A DNA stretch of 64,000 nucleotides from positions 74,056,990 through 74,120,989 of the forward strand of contig JAUZTB010000098.1 in NCBI GenBank assembly GCA_034780895.1, in the 5' to 3' direction. Shown one piece after another: positions 1 through 12,309 of this stretch. The position numbers were made by a program, and so were the translations under genes. The number at the start of each line of letters is the position of its first letter. Position 1 is the stretch's first letter. Origin of the DNA: Rhynchobatus australiae. Its lineage: Eukaryota. Under the pieces are notes generated by a model, which was given only the letters and a program-made list of their open reading frames with translations, made no database searches and was not told the DNA's origin.

Positions 1-564
1 CTCCATTCATCTACTCCGCCTCTTCATGCCAAAGCCTTAGCTCCCCACTCTAACACTGTCCACTCCAATAATGGCCGCTCTGCTTGACCCTGAACTTCTT
101 TTTATTGGCAGCTGCTTCCTAATTATCCAATTTGCTAATCAACAGGCCTATCAACTCACCACAGCAACAAGAACATCAACAACAGGTCTACCTTTTTAAA
201 GTCCTTCCCACTCTCGTTCTCGCTCTCACTCTAGTTCTCTACCACGACAACAAGACTTCACACTCCTGTAATCATACTAGTCACCACAGCAACCAAGATG
301 AGAAGTTTTGATTGAGTCTCTCATCAAAAGTTGCATTGTTGAATTCCAATCCTTTAGGTTATAATTACAAAATAGAAATTGATATGCAGAGGTTAGGCAC
401 ATTTATTGTCATGAAATTCTCTTTTATTTTGAAAATGTACATCAGAATTTTTGTGAATGTTGGGTTACATTGGTACTTTCAGTGGGGCAGATCTTGTCAG
501 TTCTAAATTTGTGGAGAAAGCCTCACAAATTAGCTTCCGATTGGAACAAAGAACCATAGATGCT

Positions 565-675
565 AGAAATCAGAAACTGAAACAGAAAATGCTGGAAGCA
601 CTCAGCAGGTCACGCAGCATCAGTTGGGAGAGAAAACTGGTAAATGTTTCAGGTCAAAGATTCTTCATCAGATTA
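565..675 (-). mobile_element. Penelope-like element 3'-end repeat with degenerate hammerhead core
   Basis: The + strand AAAATGCTGGAAGCACTCAGCAGGTCA..GCAGCATC motif recurs more than 15 times in the window and caps the Penelope ORF remnant at 39.1-40.1 kb. The - strand reads CTGATGA-AGAATCTTTGACCT-GAAAC. Confidence 0.75.
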
Positions 676-946
676 GTTTATGATTTGTTTTGTGATTGAC
701 TTCTTATAGATGACTGTGATGAAGCATAGTACACAATAAGAAAATATGCTTTGAGTCAAGATTCTTCCAAAGTATTTGCAGAGAACAGTAGAAGTATTTG
801 GATCCATATGTCAGTTAAACAATATTGGTTCAAAACTTCATGACAGTATCTCACCAACAAAGAACCTTTATCATGCGGTAGATATTGTTCCTCCTCTTAA
901 ATTATCCATACTGTCAATCAATGGAGATAAAAAGCTAAATGTGTAC

Positions 947-1110
947 ACAGAAAATGCTGGAAATAAACAGCAGGCCAGAAAGGATCTGTGGAAAGAGAAA
1001 CAGTTAATGTTTCAGGCCAATGTTCTCTCTCCACAAATACTGCCTGACCTGCTGAGTATCTCCAGCATTTTCTGTTTTTATTTCAGATTTCTAGCATCTG
1101 CAGTTTTTGT
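947..1110. mobile_element. Fold-back (palindromic) Penelope-end-derived element
   Basis: Left arm AAAATGCTGGAAATAAACAGCAGG..TCTGTGGAAAGAGAAACA is inverted relative to right arm TGTTCTCTCTCCACAAATACTGCCTGACCTGCTGAGTATCTCCAGCATTTT. Confidence 0.8.
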
Positions 1111-1496
1111 TTCATTTTCATTGTAGTATGAGGTTACATGTTGCTCAATGTCTTTATGGCTGGTCCCACNNNNNNNNNNNNNNNNNNNNNNNNNNNNNNN
1201 NNNNTCTTGCGAGGAAATCTAGCTTATTTTGTCCGTATGATATGAGCCTTCAGCAATTTTAGCATGGCCATGTTTGTACTGTGGTTTAGGTGAAACATTC
1301 AGTGGGACTAGTGAATGCATGAACAGGCGTATCTGGGCAACAGGATCTAACATGATTAGCAGATGAGATGCACCTATTTCAGTGACCTCATTAATACTAA
1401 ATGTATTACAATATCTACCAGGACTATATGATCAGAGCAGTGAATAGTTTGCATTACCAACAGAAATTCAAACCAACTTGACTCATTCTCAATAAA

Positions 1497-1706
1497 GAAA
1501 AAATACTGCAGACCCTGGAAATCTCAAATAAAAACATAAAAACTGAAGATACTCAACAGATCAGGCAATATCTGTGGAGAGAGAATGTTTCAGAAAGAAA
1601 CTTACTTCTCTCTTTTTCATTTCTCAGTTGAAAAGTTAACTGTTTCTTTTTCCACAGATGCAACCTGACCTACTGAGTTTTTCTGGCATTTTCTGTTTTT
1701 ATTTCC
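1497..1706. mobile_element. Fold-back Penelope-end-derived element
   Basis: ACTCAACAGATCAGGCAATATCTGTGGAGAGAGAA is inverted against TTTTTCCACAGATGCAACCTGACCTACTGAGT. Confidence 0.8.
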
Positions 1707-2179
1707 GTTCTCCATGAGTCTGGTATTGTCAACCAAGAACCTATCTGACAGCCTTGGTTCCCTCTGTTGTATTTTATAGGACATTTTGCCTCCACATCAC
1801 CAATTCCTCTATGAAGTAAAAAATGTTTCCCTGATGTTTGTTCTGTGAAAACGCAGGAAGGTTACATTGGGTTGTTGCTAGTTGTGCAATATTATGTGTG
1901 GGAAGCTAGTAACACAAACACACTCATAAGGCCAGCAAACAAGTAGTTTGAGGTGTTATTTCTTCTTGCACATTTCCGACAGGCAGAGTAGGTAGAAAAA
2001 AACCTTGTGTATTCAAATTCATGGTAGTTGAAGAACAAAGAAGCCTCTCTATCACTGAAAACAATGATATTGCTGTGGAAAGCACTGAATGATGTAATCA
2101 CATGCTGAAATTGGCTTAGGATAATAAGTGAAGTCTTCGAAAAAAAAACAGCAAATAATCTAGAATACAAAAGTACCAT

Positions 2180-2435
2180 TTTTATTTCACCCCTCATTCT
2201 CTTACGATTTCCCAAAATGCTTGAAGCCAATTCTGAAATGATTTTGTGCAGAGGAAGCTCCCACAGACAGCAAAGTTTAGATGATCAGTTTAAGTGTTAT
2301 TGAAAGGAGGATAGTTATTGAATATGGCACCAGGGAGAACATACCTGCTCTTTTTCAGCATGGAGCTGTGGGATCTTTTACATCCAACTGAGAGACAAAC
2401 AGGGTCTTGATCAATGCCCCTTCTGAAAGACAGTC
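2180..2435 (-). mobile_element. Deu-domain SINE (SacSINE1/AmnSINE-like), decayed
   Basis: GGGAGAAC..CCTGCTCTT..TGGGATCTTTTACATCCAACTGAGAG..CTGAAAGACAG resembles the recalled Deu-SINE core. Confidence 0.65.
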
Positions 2436-2644
2436 ATCATTTTGTTGTTATTTAGAACCCTTTGTTTGCCCAGAAATCTCCCCTCAACAAGACACAGAAT
2501 ATGTGATTATTGACTTTTACATTTTACTTTACACCTCTCATCTTCAATTTGTTTAATTTCACAAAAGGGGTTTCTTCCCTTTCAGTTTCCAGGCCTGATG
2601 AAGGGTGTATAACTTGTTGATTAGTATTTCCTTTTACAAACATT

Positions 2645-2940
2645 AGCCTCGGCTTAGTGCTTTTGAATCAGAGGATGTGGGTTCAAATCCACCAAAGAAG
2701 CCTGTGCACACGATCTTAGCTGCATTACTGTGTGGTACTGAGAGAGGGCTGTTATGTTGCGAGGTGCCAACTTTCAGATTTTAACCTAAGGCCGTTAAGG
2801 GTGAATGTAAAATGGCACCATTCAAGAAAATTCTGTGGCCAATATTTATCACTCAACTGTTACAAGAACAAATTATTTAGTTATAAAATTACTTATTCGA
2901 AAGCCATTTGGGTCCAGACATTACAAAATTTATTAATAAA
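2645..2940 (+). mobile_element. Deu-domain SINE with tRNA-like head, decayed
   Basis: B-box-like GGTTCAAATCC, then GTACTGAGAGAG..GAGGTGCC..TTTCAGAT and GGCCAATATTTATCACTCAAC. Confidence 0.6.
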
Positions 2941-2944
2941 GGTG

Positions 2945-4400
2945 CATGGAAAAGATGGACCACTTCCCATTTCTCAGGAACCACCTCTCACCAAAGGCAG
3001 GAATAACCAGCTTCAATGTGCCAGCACAGCCTTTGATCAATTGATAAAATAGTGTTGAAGATCAAGATCTTAGACCTGACATAAAATTTATGATCTACTA
3101 GATAGCGGTGATCCCTGTCGTCCTTTCTTCTGAGTCCTCCTGGAATTATCTACATCAGGCATCTTGAGACACTGGAAAAATACCACTAACACTGTTACTG
3201 CAAAATCTTGTAAATTCGTTGGACGTACAAGTAATCGAACATCAGTACTCTCTCCTAGACCAACATTAAGGCACTAGTTACACTTAGTCAGCTACATGGG
3301 GCAGTGCATGTTATTCACATGCCCGATCCCAAATTTCTGTCATGGGAAGAGGTTACCAGATGGACAGGTGGATTCACGGATGAGCCCAAAGCCTCTTTGA
3401 AGAAATGCAACATCCTCATTGATTTATGAAAATGTTGTCAGGATTTAAGGGTTTGAGTTATATGGAGAGGTTGGGCAGGCTAGGACTTAATTCCTTGATA
3501 CAAAGGAGACTGAGGGGTGACCTTAGAGATGTATGAAATCATAAGGGGCATAGATAGGGTGAATGCACACTATGTTTTGAAAGGGAATCAAAAACTGGAG
3601 GGTATAGGTTTAAGGTGAGAGAGGAAAGATTTAAAAGGGACCTGAGGAGCAACTTCTTCGTGCAGAGGGAGGTGCTCATATGGAATGAGCTGCCAGAGGA
3701 AGTGGTTGAGGCAGGTACAATAACAACATTTAAAAGACATTTGGACAGGTATATGGATAGGAAAGGTTTAGAGGGATATGAGCCAAACATGGGCAAATGG
3801 GANNNNNNNNNNNNNNNNNNNNNNNNNNNNNNNNNNNNNNNNNNNNNNNNNNNNNNNNNNNNNNNNNNNNNNNNNNNNNNNNNNNNNNNNNNNNNNNNNN
3901 NNACATTTAAAAGACATTTGGACAGGTATATGGATAGGAAAGGTTTAGAGGGATATGAGCCAAACATGGGCAAATGGGATAGTTTAGATGGGCATCTAGG
4001 TTGGAATGGATAAGTTGGCGGAAGGGCCTGTTTCCGACTCTTCACAGATGGGGCAGGTGCTCGCGGATGGGCAGTCTGGGTGAGTGAGGTGTTCTGCTCC
4101 TTCCGCTGCTTAATTGATTGACTTGAGGTTCTTAATGACTGTATGACTCCTGGGAAATTCTGGCCCATGACTGGTCAAAGTGGAGAAGGAGTATCAGGAT
4201 GGTACTTAGCACCTTGATTCAATGCATTAAGGAGCAGAAGGAGCAGAACACCTCATACACCTACACCACTCCATCCTCAACCAGCTGGCCCATCTGTGGA
4301 AGAGTCAGAATTCCCACATTGGTCTCCTCAGGCTATTCGGAACCCACAAACTGGAGTGGAAGTTAGTTGCCTTTGATCGCAAGGGACTGCCTAAGAAGAA
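2945..4400 (+). mobile_element. RTE-clade LINE 3' portion, decayed, interrupted at about 3430-4150
   Basis: Frameshifted translation gives LQCASTAF..EDQDLRPDIK..HLETLEKYH..HGKRLPDGQ..KASLKKCNI, resuming after the insert with DSWEILAHDWSKWRRSIR. The 3' end is GGGACTGCCTAAGAAGAA. Confidence 0.85.
3430..4150 (+). mobile_element. CR1-clade LINE 3' end nested in the RTE element
   Basis: ORF 3615-4013 (FKRDLRSNFFVQREVLIWNELPEEVVEAGTITTFKRHLDRYMDR) is a typical CR1 ORF2 C-terminus. The 3' UTR reads GAAGGGCCTGTTTCC..CTGTATGACTC. Confidence 0.9.
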
Positions 4401-5499
4401 AATACATCGGAAGTATTATTTAGCTGGGGAGATCCAACGATATTATCGTTCTTCAAGCTGTGTATTTTCAGCATCTTCTATTTTCATCACAGATTTTCAA
4501 AATTTGGCATTTTTTTTTACTTTTCATTAAACCCCTTTTCAATTTGGTCTCCTCAAAAGTTAAAAAAAATTGCTTTTAAGGCTACACCGGGTGTTACACA
4601 CAGCATTAAATTAGGTGAGAGAACTGCAACCAAGTGCTGTTATCGCACCTTCATTATGCACAGACCAAGGGCAGCTTAGATGAAACTGGAGGGATGAAAA
4701 GACAGGAAATGTTACTCAATCCTCCTGGGTCTTGCATCAGTTAATTTGCTCTGTCACTTATGACTCACCAAAAAGCTGCTTGGCACTACAAGCACCTTCA
4801 CGCCAACCGTGAAGTTTGAGGTCAGTATCAATTGCATGCTTCCATATCAATTGTGATCTGTCCTGGGATCGATGGTAGCTGCTAGAGCTCCATTATCATT
4901 AGCCAAGGCATCTCCTGAAAGGGTGTCCAAAGAAGCAGAATCTGCAGGCCCTGCCTGTTACAGAAAGTACTAGACACATTGGTTGACAGTGGACCTCAGT
5001 GCTGGCAAGGTGCTCACTGAAGTCGATCCAGAGTTTCTGTTGTAAGAGGCCAAGGTTCCTTATCCCAGTGGTTTGGGTCCTGCAGAGTACTGCTCACTTA
5101 TGTCTGTTTGGAGCAACACTGAGCAGTGAAGCTTATCCTGATATGGACTACACCAGCCTTGGTAACCTGGGTAGCAAGGTGTTAGTTCTTGGAGTGGAGA
5201 ATATGCAAGGTGAAAATCTACCATTTGGCCAATACATCAATTGAAACATAAACAATGCTTCAGAATCATTTATCTAAATTTCTTCTGCAACCTGCAGCAG
5301 TGGAGCCAAAATTAAAAGACCAATTTCAACTGTGTATTAATGCGTAAAACAGCTTGGTAGGTATATCTGGTATTCCAGTAACACAGCAGGTAACTATATG
5401 CTCTCTTGTTCCAGTGGTTGCAGACATTTAATGAGAGGTGAATTGGGGTTGTATTTATTGATTTACAGTCAGTTTACCTAGTACAAATAGCCCAACTAG

Positions 5500-5760
5500 A
5501 AAGTGGTTGTCTATGTTAGTAGTCTCTAATCCTCTGGCACCATTCCTGTGGCTAGGGAAGATTGAAAAATTGTACTCTAAGCTGCTGTAATTACTTCCCT
5601 TGCTTCTGTTAACAGCCTGGGATAAATTTCATCTGGGCCTGTTGATTTCAAAGGCATGAAACTCCTTAATACTTCCTCTTTTACTATGTTTACCCCATCC
5701 AATTTTTCACACTCATCTTCCTTAATGATAACATCTGCATCTTCTCCCTTTTTTAAAAAA
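5500..5760 (-). mobile_element. CR1 LINE ORF2 fragment
   Basis: ORF 5577-5804 contains KEEVL..KSTGPDEIYPRLLTEAREVI, a CR1 motif upstream of the RT domain. Confidence 0.8.
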
Positions 5761-5764
5761 TGAT

Positions 5765-6130
5765 TCACAGTTGCCTTGTCAGGATTCTGCGCACTGACCG
5801 GCATAAAGCACAGTTCTCCATTGAGGGAATGGAATCTCTTCCAGCTGTGGTAAATCTATGAGTTAATATTTAGTATCCTCAAAGCAAAGTGTGTCTAGTC
5901 AGTTGGATTAGTAATACTGGAAAGACTGCTTTCCTGGTGAAGCCCAGTGGTCTACCTCTTGTTCTGCTGCAAGAGAGAATGAGATATATTTAGCCCTTTT
6001 GGAATAAAGAGTAAATGTGATCCACAAGCAAAAGTTANNNNNNNNNNNNNTCTCTATTTCCAGCTCCAGCCAGAAAGGAGCCCGACATGTAAAAATTGAT
6101 AGCCACTGTAATTTTTGCAGCCTCCTACTT
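5765..6130 (-). pseudogene. PIF/Harbinger (HARBI1-like) DDE transposase fossil
   Basis: The - strand translates with frameshifts and stops to AAKITVAINFYMSGSFLAGAGN..TLYSKRAKYISF..GFTRKAVFP..D*THFALR..IYHSWKRFHSLNGELC. This matches the Harbinger motifs ALNFFASGSFQ, IDCTH and NRKGFHSLNVQLVC. Confidence 0.8.
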
Positions 6131-6789
6131 TGTGCTTTACCATTTTCAGGTGGCTTCTTCTTCTTTGTGTGCCCTCATTCCCTTATCACGTGAAGTCAGA
6201 GATGTGGCTACTAAAGCATCCATGTCTAGGAGCATTTGGGTACTGGAGTATTCTTAAAACTAACAAGGCTTGTGAGCTGCTGGCCCACCACTCCCTGCAG
6301 GTTTTGTGAACTGTAAAGACATCTGGTGGCTGCAAACACTACTTGAAGCAACATTGTGGAATTCAATCAGCCACTAATCTAGATTAATGATTTCTTTAAA
6401 GGGTGTAACCATCAGAGGCTTTGTTCCATACTGCTGTCAAACACTTAATCCTCCATGTATTGAATCATTGAGGTCCAGTTTTGAAGTGCCAGTGTTAAGT
6501 CAGCATTGAACTCTATTTGCTATCATGATCTACCTATTCTGAAGGTGTGAGCATCCACACCTTGTGCCCGATGTATGGATCAGCAAGAACTGCAGTACAA
6601 ATATCAACATGTGCATCACACATCATACTCAGTTTCCATTTGTACTCGAGTGCTGTGTGGCATTTTGTGGCCATGAGCCTATTACACATGCTGAGACATG
6701 AGGAAGAGAGTCTTTCCTCTTTGTATATGGGAGTAAGAGTTTGATCAGGTGAAAGCCCCAGCCAAGATTAGACATAACCTGCTCACAAT

Positions 6790-7070
6790 TTTCCATCAGT
6801 CATTTCAATGTGGCAGCCATTTTGCATGCAGCAATGTCCCATAAATAATAATATGAATGATCACTTTTTTTAAAGTGATTCTTCTTTAAAGTGACGAAGC
6901 ATGTTGGACAGGAAGCAGAGAGGACTGCCTGCTCTTCTTTGATTGAGATGTTCACTGTCTATTTTAGGCAGTAATACATTGAGAAGAACTATTTTAATAT
7001 TTGTCCTATCTGATCAATGGCACCTCTGACAGTTCTATTTCACTGGAGCATGAGCCTGGTTTTCATTTAG
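6790..7070 (-). mobile_element. Deu-domain SINE, decayed
   Basis: TGTGGCAGCCATTTTGCATGCAGCAATGTCCCATAAA..CCTGCTCTTCTT..GGCACCTCTGACAGT. Confidence 0.6.
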
Positions 7071-7802
7071 TCATTACAATCCCTGTAACTCATAATATGA
7101 ATTCTACCAGGTTTGCACAAGAAGTATTATATATTTAATTAAAATGAGTGGAGAAGCTGTAATAAACACAGCCCACAAAAAGGTCTTGTAAACTTAATAA
7201 TATTTGACACATGTATGGAATGCCAAATACTGGCTACCGAGCCAATGACTTCATCTTGCTGTAACACATCATACAATCTTTCAGCCTGTCCATCCTGAAG
7301 ACTGCAGTATATAAACGTTGCTGCGTATTAAATACTATCTGCACTTGATGTGTTCAGTTCCAAAATGTAACTCAGAGGAATACTGATTGGTAGGACATAA
7401 ATCTGAAGGATAAAATTGTTAATTGCCATAACAAGAATTATATTTTCTGTGAACCCATTTGCAAACTACTAAAATATCACATATTAACTGTAATATTCTT
7501 TCAGTATTTATTTTGTTTGATTTACATACGACTAACTCAGCCAATCTCTTCTTCATAAGAAATCAGAAATCCCTACATTATGCCAGTGATGTTACTCCTG
7601 CAATAGTGAGTCAGCAAGTAAGAATAAAAAAGCTATTTCATATCACGTGGCACCATTTAGTTCAATTATATCAAAGGTGCTGGTTTAAGGATAAGCAATT
7701 TTGCATTGTAGCTAATTTCTCTAATTGTAGGGAAAATTGAGAATTTGTCTTAGATCTCAACAATAACTTCCAAGCAGATTTTCCTTAATCTCTTGATGCA
7801 GT

Positions 7803-10262
7803 AATGGTATGGGTATTAGTTTATTATTGTCACCTTTACCAAGGTACAGTGAAAAACTTGTCTTGCATACCGTTCGCACAGTTCAATTCATTACACTGTG
7901 CACTGAGGTAGTACAGGGTAAAAATAATAACAATACAGAGTAAAGTGTCACAGCTACAAAGGAAGTGCAGTGCAGATAGACAGTAAGGTGCAAGGTCATA
8001 AGGTAGATTGTGAGATCAAGAGTCCATCTCATTTTATTAGGGAACCGTTCAATAGTCTCATAACAGCAGGATAGAGGCTGTCCTTGAGCCTGGTGGTATG
8101 TGCCCTCAGGTTCCTGTATGTTCTGCCTGATGGGAGAGGGGAGAAGAGAAAATGTCCAGGGTCAGAGGGGACATACCAAATTTCGTTAGTCTCCTGAGGA
8201 AGTAGAGGTGCTGGTGAGCTTTCTTGGCCATGGTGCCCATGTGGTTGGACTAGGACAGGCTGTTGGTGATGTTCAGTCCTAGGAACTTGAAGCTCTCAAC
8301 CCTCTCCATCTCAGCACCATTGATGGAGACAGGTACATATGCTTTGCCCCCTTTCTTGAAGTCAATGACCAGCTCTTTTGCTGATACTGAGGGAAAAGTT
8401 GCTGTCATGACACCAAGTCACTAAGCACTCTATCTTCTTCCTGTATTCCGACTCATCGTTATTTGAGATAAAGCCCACTATGGTGGTATCATCTGCAAAC
8501 TTGTAGATGGAACTGGAGCAGAATCTGGTCGCGCAGTTATTAGTATATAGGAAGTAGAGGGCTGAGGACATAGCTTTGTGGGGTACCAGTGTTGAGAATA
8601 ATTGTGCTGGAGGTGTTGTTGCTTATCCTCACTGATTGCGGTCTGTTGGTCAGAAAGTCAAGGATCCAGGTGCAGAGGGAGACCCAGGTCTCAGAGTTTG
8701 GTGATGAGTTTGCTTGGAATTATAGTATTGAAGGCAGAGCTGTAGTCAATAAATAATAGTTTAACATAGGTGTCTTTACTGTCCAGATGCTCCAGAGATG
8801 AGTGTAGGGCCAGGGAGATGGTGTCCACTGTAGACCCGTTTCAGTGGTAGGTGAATTGTAGTGGGTTGAGGTTTTCTGGAAGACTGGAGTTAATGTATGC
8901 CATGACCAGCCTCTCGAAGCACTTCATGATGGTGGAAGTCAGAGCCACCAGTCAGTAGTCATTAAGGCATGTTACCTTGCTTTTCTTGGGTACCAGGATG
9001 ATAGTGGTCTTCTGAAAACAGGTGGGAACCTCAGATTGAAGCTGGGAGAGGTTAAATAAGTCTGCAAATACCCCCGCTAGCTGATCAGCACAGTATTTGA
9101 GGACACCATCTGGGCCAGATGCTTTCTGCAGGTTCACTCTCCAGAAGACTGATCTTATGTCCTTGATGGTGATCGTGGATTCAGTTACATTAGAGGCTGT
9201 CAGGGTGTTCAAAACGTGCATAGAATGTGTTAAGCTCATCAGGAAGGGATGCGCTGTGGTTGATGATGCTTCCTGACTTTGTTTTGTAGCCTGTTGTAGC
9301 ATGTAAGCCCTGCCATAGCTGATGGCTAGTATGGGACTCTACTTGAGACTGGTATTGTCTCTTGGCATCTCTGATAACTTTATGGAGGTCGTATCTTGAT
9401 TTCATGTAAAGGTCAGGGTCACCTGATTGGAATGCAGCAGTGCTCAACTTCAGTAGAGAGTGGATCTCCCAGTTCATCAATGGTTTCCGGTTTTGGAAAC
9501 CAGTCCTCAACAAACTTGCTGATAAAGTCTGTGACGGTGGTGACATACTCATCTAGACTGTCCACTGACTCAGTTCACTGACTCAAAGCAGTCACGTAGA
9601 AGCTCATCTATTTCCTCAGGCAGCACTGCACAACTTTCTGCACTGGATCCTCTCAATTCAGCTTCTGTTTGTTTGCAGGAGAAGGAGCACAGGCTGGTGA
9701 TCTGATTTACCAAAGGGAGGGTGGGGGGGGTGTGGTTTGGAAGGCACCTTTGATGTTGTATAGCAATGGTCAAGGGTGTTTGGGCCCCTGGTGGGACAGG
9801 AGACGTGCTGGTGGTACTTTGGTAACATACTCTTGAGGTTGGCCTGGTTGAAGTTACCTGTAATAATGAAGAGGGCCTCAGGGCCTCCTGTTTCAAGGCT
9901 GTTGACCACAGAGTATAGTTCATTGAGTGCAGGCTTCTTGTCCATCTGGGGTGAGATGTAGACTGCCATCAGGATAGCTGAAGTGAACTCCTGTGGCAGG
10001 TAGTATGGTTGACACTTCATCGTTAGATATTCCAGGCTGGGTGAGCAGGAGCTTGTCAGGACCATCATGTCTGAGCAGCATGATGTATTGATTAAGAAGC
10101 AGACCCCTCTGCCTCTAACTTTGCCCGAGGATGCTGTACCGTCCATTCAGTGGATTGAGAAGCCCTCAGGTTGTATGGCACAGTCAGGTGAAGCAAGTGT
10201 AAGCCATGTTTCGGCGAGACATAGCACACAACAGTCCCTCAGTTCTCTTTGGTAGGTCAGTG
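7803..10262 (-). mobile_element. Rex1/Babar-clade LINE, about 2.5 kb, disrupted ORF (APE endonuclease + RT)
   Basis: Successive - strand ORF pieces: GKVRGRGVCFLIN..YYLPQEFTSAILMAVYI..GNFNQANL..TLDHCY..SDH (9658-10146); [37 protein letters not shown] (8952-9302); YKFADDTTIVGFISNNDESEYR (8362-8571). The 3' tail is TGACAATAATAAACTAATACC. Confidence 0.92.
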
Positions 10263-10282
10263 ACTGGGTCTTTCAAGAGTGA

Positions 10283-10870
10283 GACAGAAATAAATCGGAA
10301 AATGTTGGAAATACTCAGCCAGTCAGGCAGCATCTGTGGAGAGAGAAACAGAAATGATGTTTCAGGATGGTGACCTGTTGGAAGTGGCAAGAGGGGAGGC
10401 ATACATGGAAGGCAGGAGAGACTTCATGGCAGAAGTGAGTGCTGGGTAATTGAGGATGTTAATGGGACAAGTAAGAGAACAAAAAGCTGGACTGCAGGAG
10501 ATGGAAATGGGAGAATCAGAATGACTATTTGAAATGACCAAAGATTAATACTCTTAATGCTGGAAGTCTGAAACGAGAATACTGGAAATTGTCATTATGT
10601 GAAATTGTTAATTCTGGTGTTAACTCCAAAAGGCAGTAATATGCCAAGTCAGAAAATTAGATACTGGTTCTCAACCTTACATTTGAACAATGCCAGAGAT
10701 CAAGAGGGTCGGCATGGAACAGAGAAGCAAGGTGATAGGACATTGGAATCTCAGATTACACCTGCTGACTAAATGGGGGCATTCAGACTGAGACAGATTT
10801 TTGTTAGTTGAGAGTTCTGTAAAGCTCAGCTGTGATCTAATTGTTTGATGAAAGAGAGTCAAGGAGCTGA
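10283..10870 (-). mobile_element. Penelope-like element 3' remnant
   Basis: Begins with the end repeat AAATGTTGGAAATACTCAGCCAGTCAGGCAGCATCTGTGGAGAGAGAAAC, followed by a purine-rich UTR and a decayed segment resembling 39.5-39.8 kb. Confidence 0.65.
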
Positions 10871-12309
10871 ACGTTTCCCTCACATGCCTACTTTCTTTGC
10901 ATCACAGAGCAGATTTTGACTTTGTATTGTAGTGTAGAATGGATGGTGGCTTATCATCCTGTTATGGAAATAAAGGTGGGAAAGACTATTTCACAATGCC
11001 ATAATCTAACATTAGCCAAAAATTCATGAAATAAGCAGCAACTTTGTTTGCTGTTTGAGTGCCCACATTGTAGATGTAACAGATGTTATTTGTTACTCGT
11101 TAGCAGTGTGTGGAATGCCATGGTATCTGGCTGGGTAGTAAAATTTGTAGCTCCTTCCAAACTAGTTTTTATTGTCATGTGAACAGATGCAAATAATTTA
11201 CTTTCCAGTTTGTTACCATAGAGGATCCATTCTTTCATTGGTAGTTTTTTTTTCATGAGGCTGCACTCAAGAAAGATTCATAATTCTGGGCTATTGCTAT
11301 ATCTCCGTACAGAAACAGTCAGCATCACTTCATCCATAGCATTCACTCCTTCCTAATCTTGTTGAAACTCAGCAACATTCTGTTGATATGGCGATTTGAC
11401 CTGATGTCTGCTTTAAGTGATGTATGGGCAAAGAGTTGAAACATTTTCTGATACACATCCTACTCCTTACTTTGTAATCTTCTTTATTTTTTAAAAAATA
11501 AAAGGCACATGGTAAGTTCATGGTCCTTACTAAATATTTTATCAATGCAGTGACAGTGCAGACTATGTCTCTGAATACAAATGCTGCTTTGGATCTGGTG
11601 AAGGTGAAAATTCATGTTATTATGTATATGCAAATCATTGCAATAACACGTGGTCAATGTAACCTGCAAAAATTCTGGCACACATAAGCCCTCTGTCTTT
11701 ATCCCAAGGATAGACCTATCTACTTGCTGGCATGTTTTAAATAAATTTGAGTGTGCTTCCATCAAGGTGCAACTAAATCTGTTAAAAATTAGCTCGAGGA
11801 TCTAATCATGTAAACGTGGCTTACATTTGCCCTTGGATTACTATTGTTATTGGAGTAAGTTAATTATTATTTAGTCATTTACAGCCATATTAAATAATGC
11901 ACAGCAGTGATGATATTCATGGGTATTCTTCATTGCATATGTAGCACCTAGAAGATGTTTTCCTGCACATCTTCTAAGAACACTTGGTCATACAGACTGT
12001 GTTGACATAGTGCATGATTGCTTCCCTGAACAACTTAGGCTAGAAATTTATTACTCCTAAGTAGGAGTGCTATCCTGTACAGCTTTGTTAACCTGCATCT
12101 ACTTGTACCTGTGCATCCTGGATACTGAATACATTCACAATTCTAAAGAAGATGTGCAGGAGTGCCTTAGATACCCATCTGCACAGATCCCAAAATTTCT
12201 ACTATGATTTGATCCATCACTAATTCACATCAGAGCTCCTGGAAGGGGGCTTTTCACCAAATGTCAACACTGCCGTTGTTCTCTGTTAAAGTGGCTGATA
12301 CAGAGGTGC

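Noticed and set aside
3725-3980. Exact direct repeat of about 77 bp either side of the 100-N gap; similar short overlaps at 19862/19971 and 27107/27219
   Set aside because: Identical sequence abutting both gap edges is typical of unmerged contig overlaps, so it is most likely an assembly artefact.
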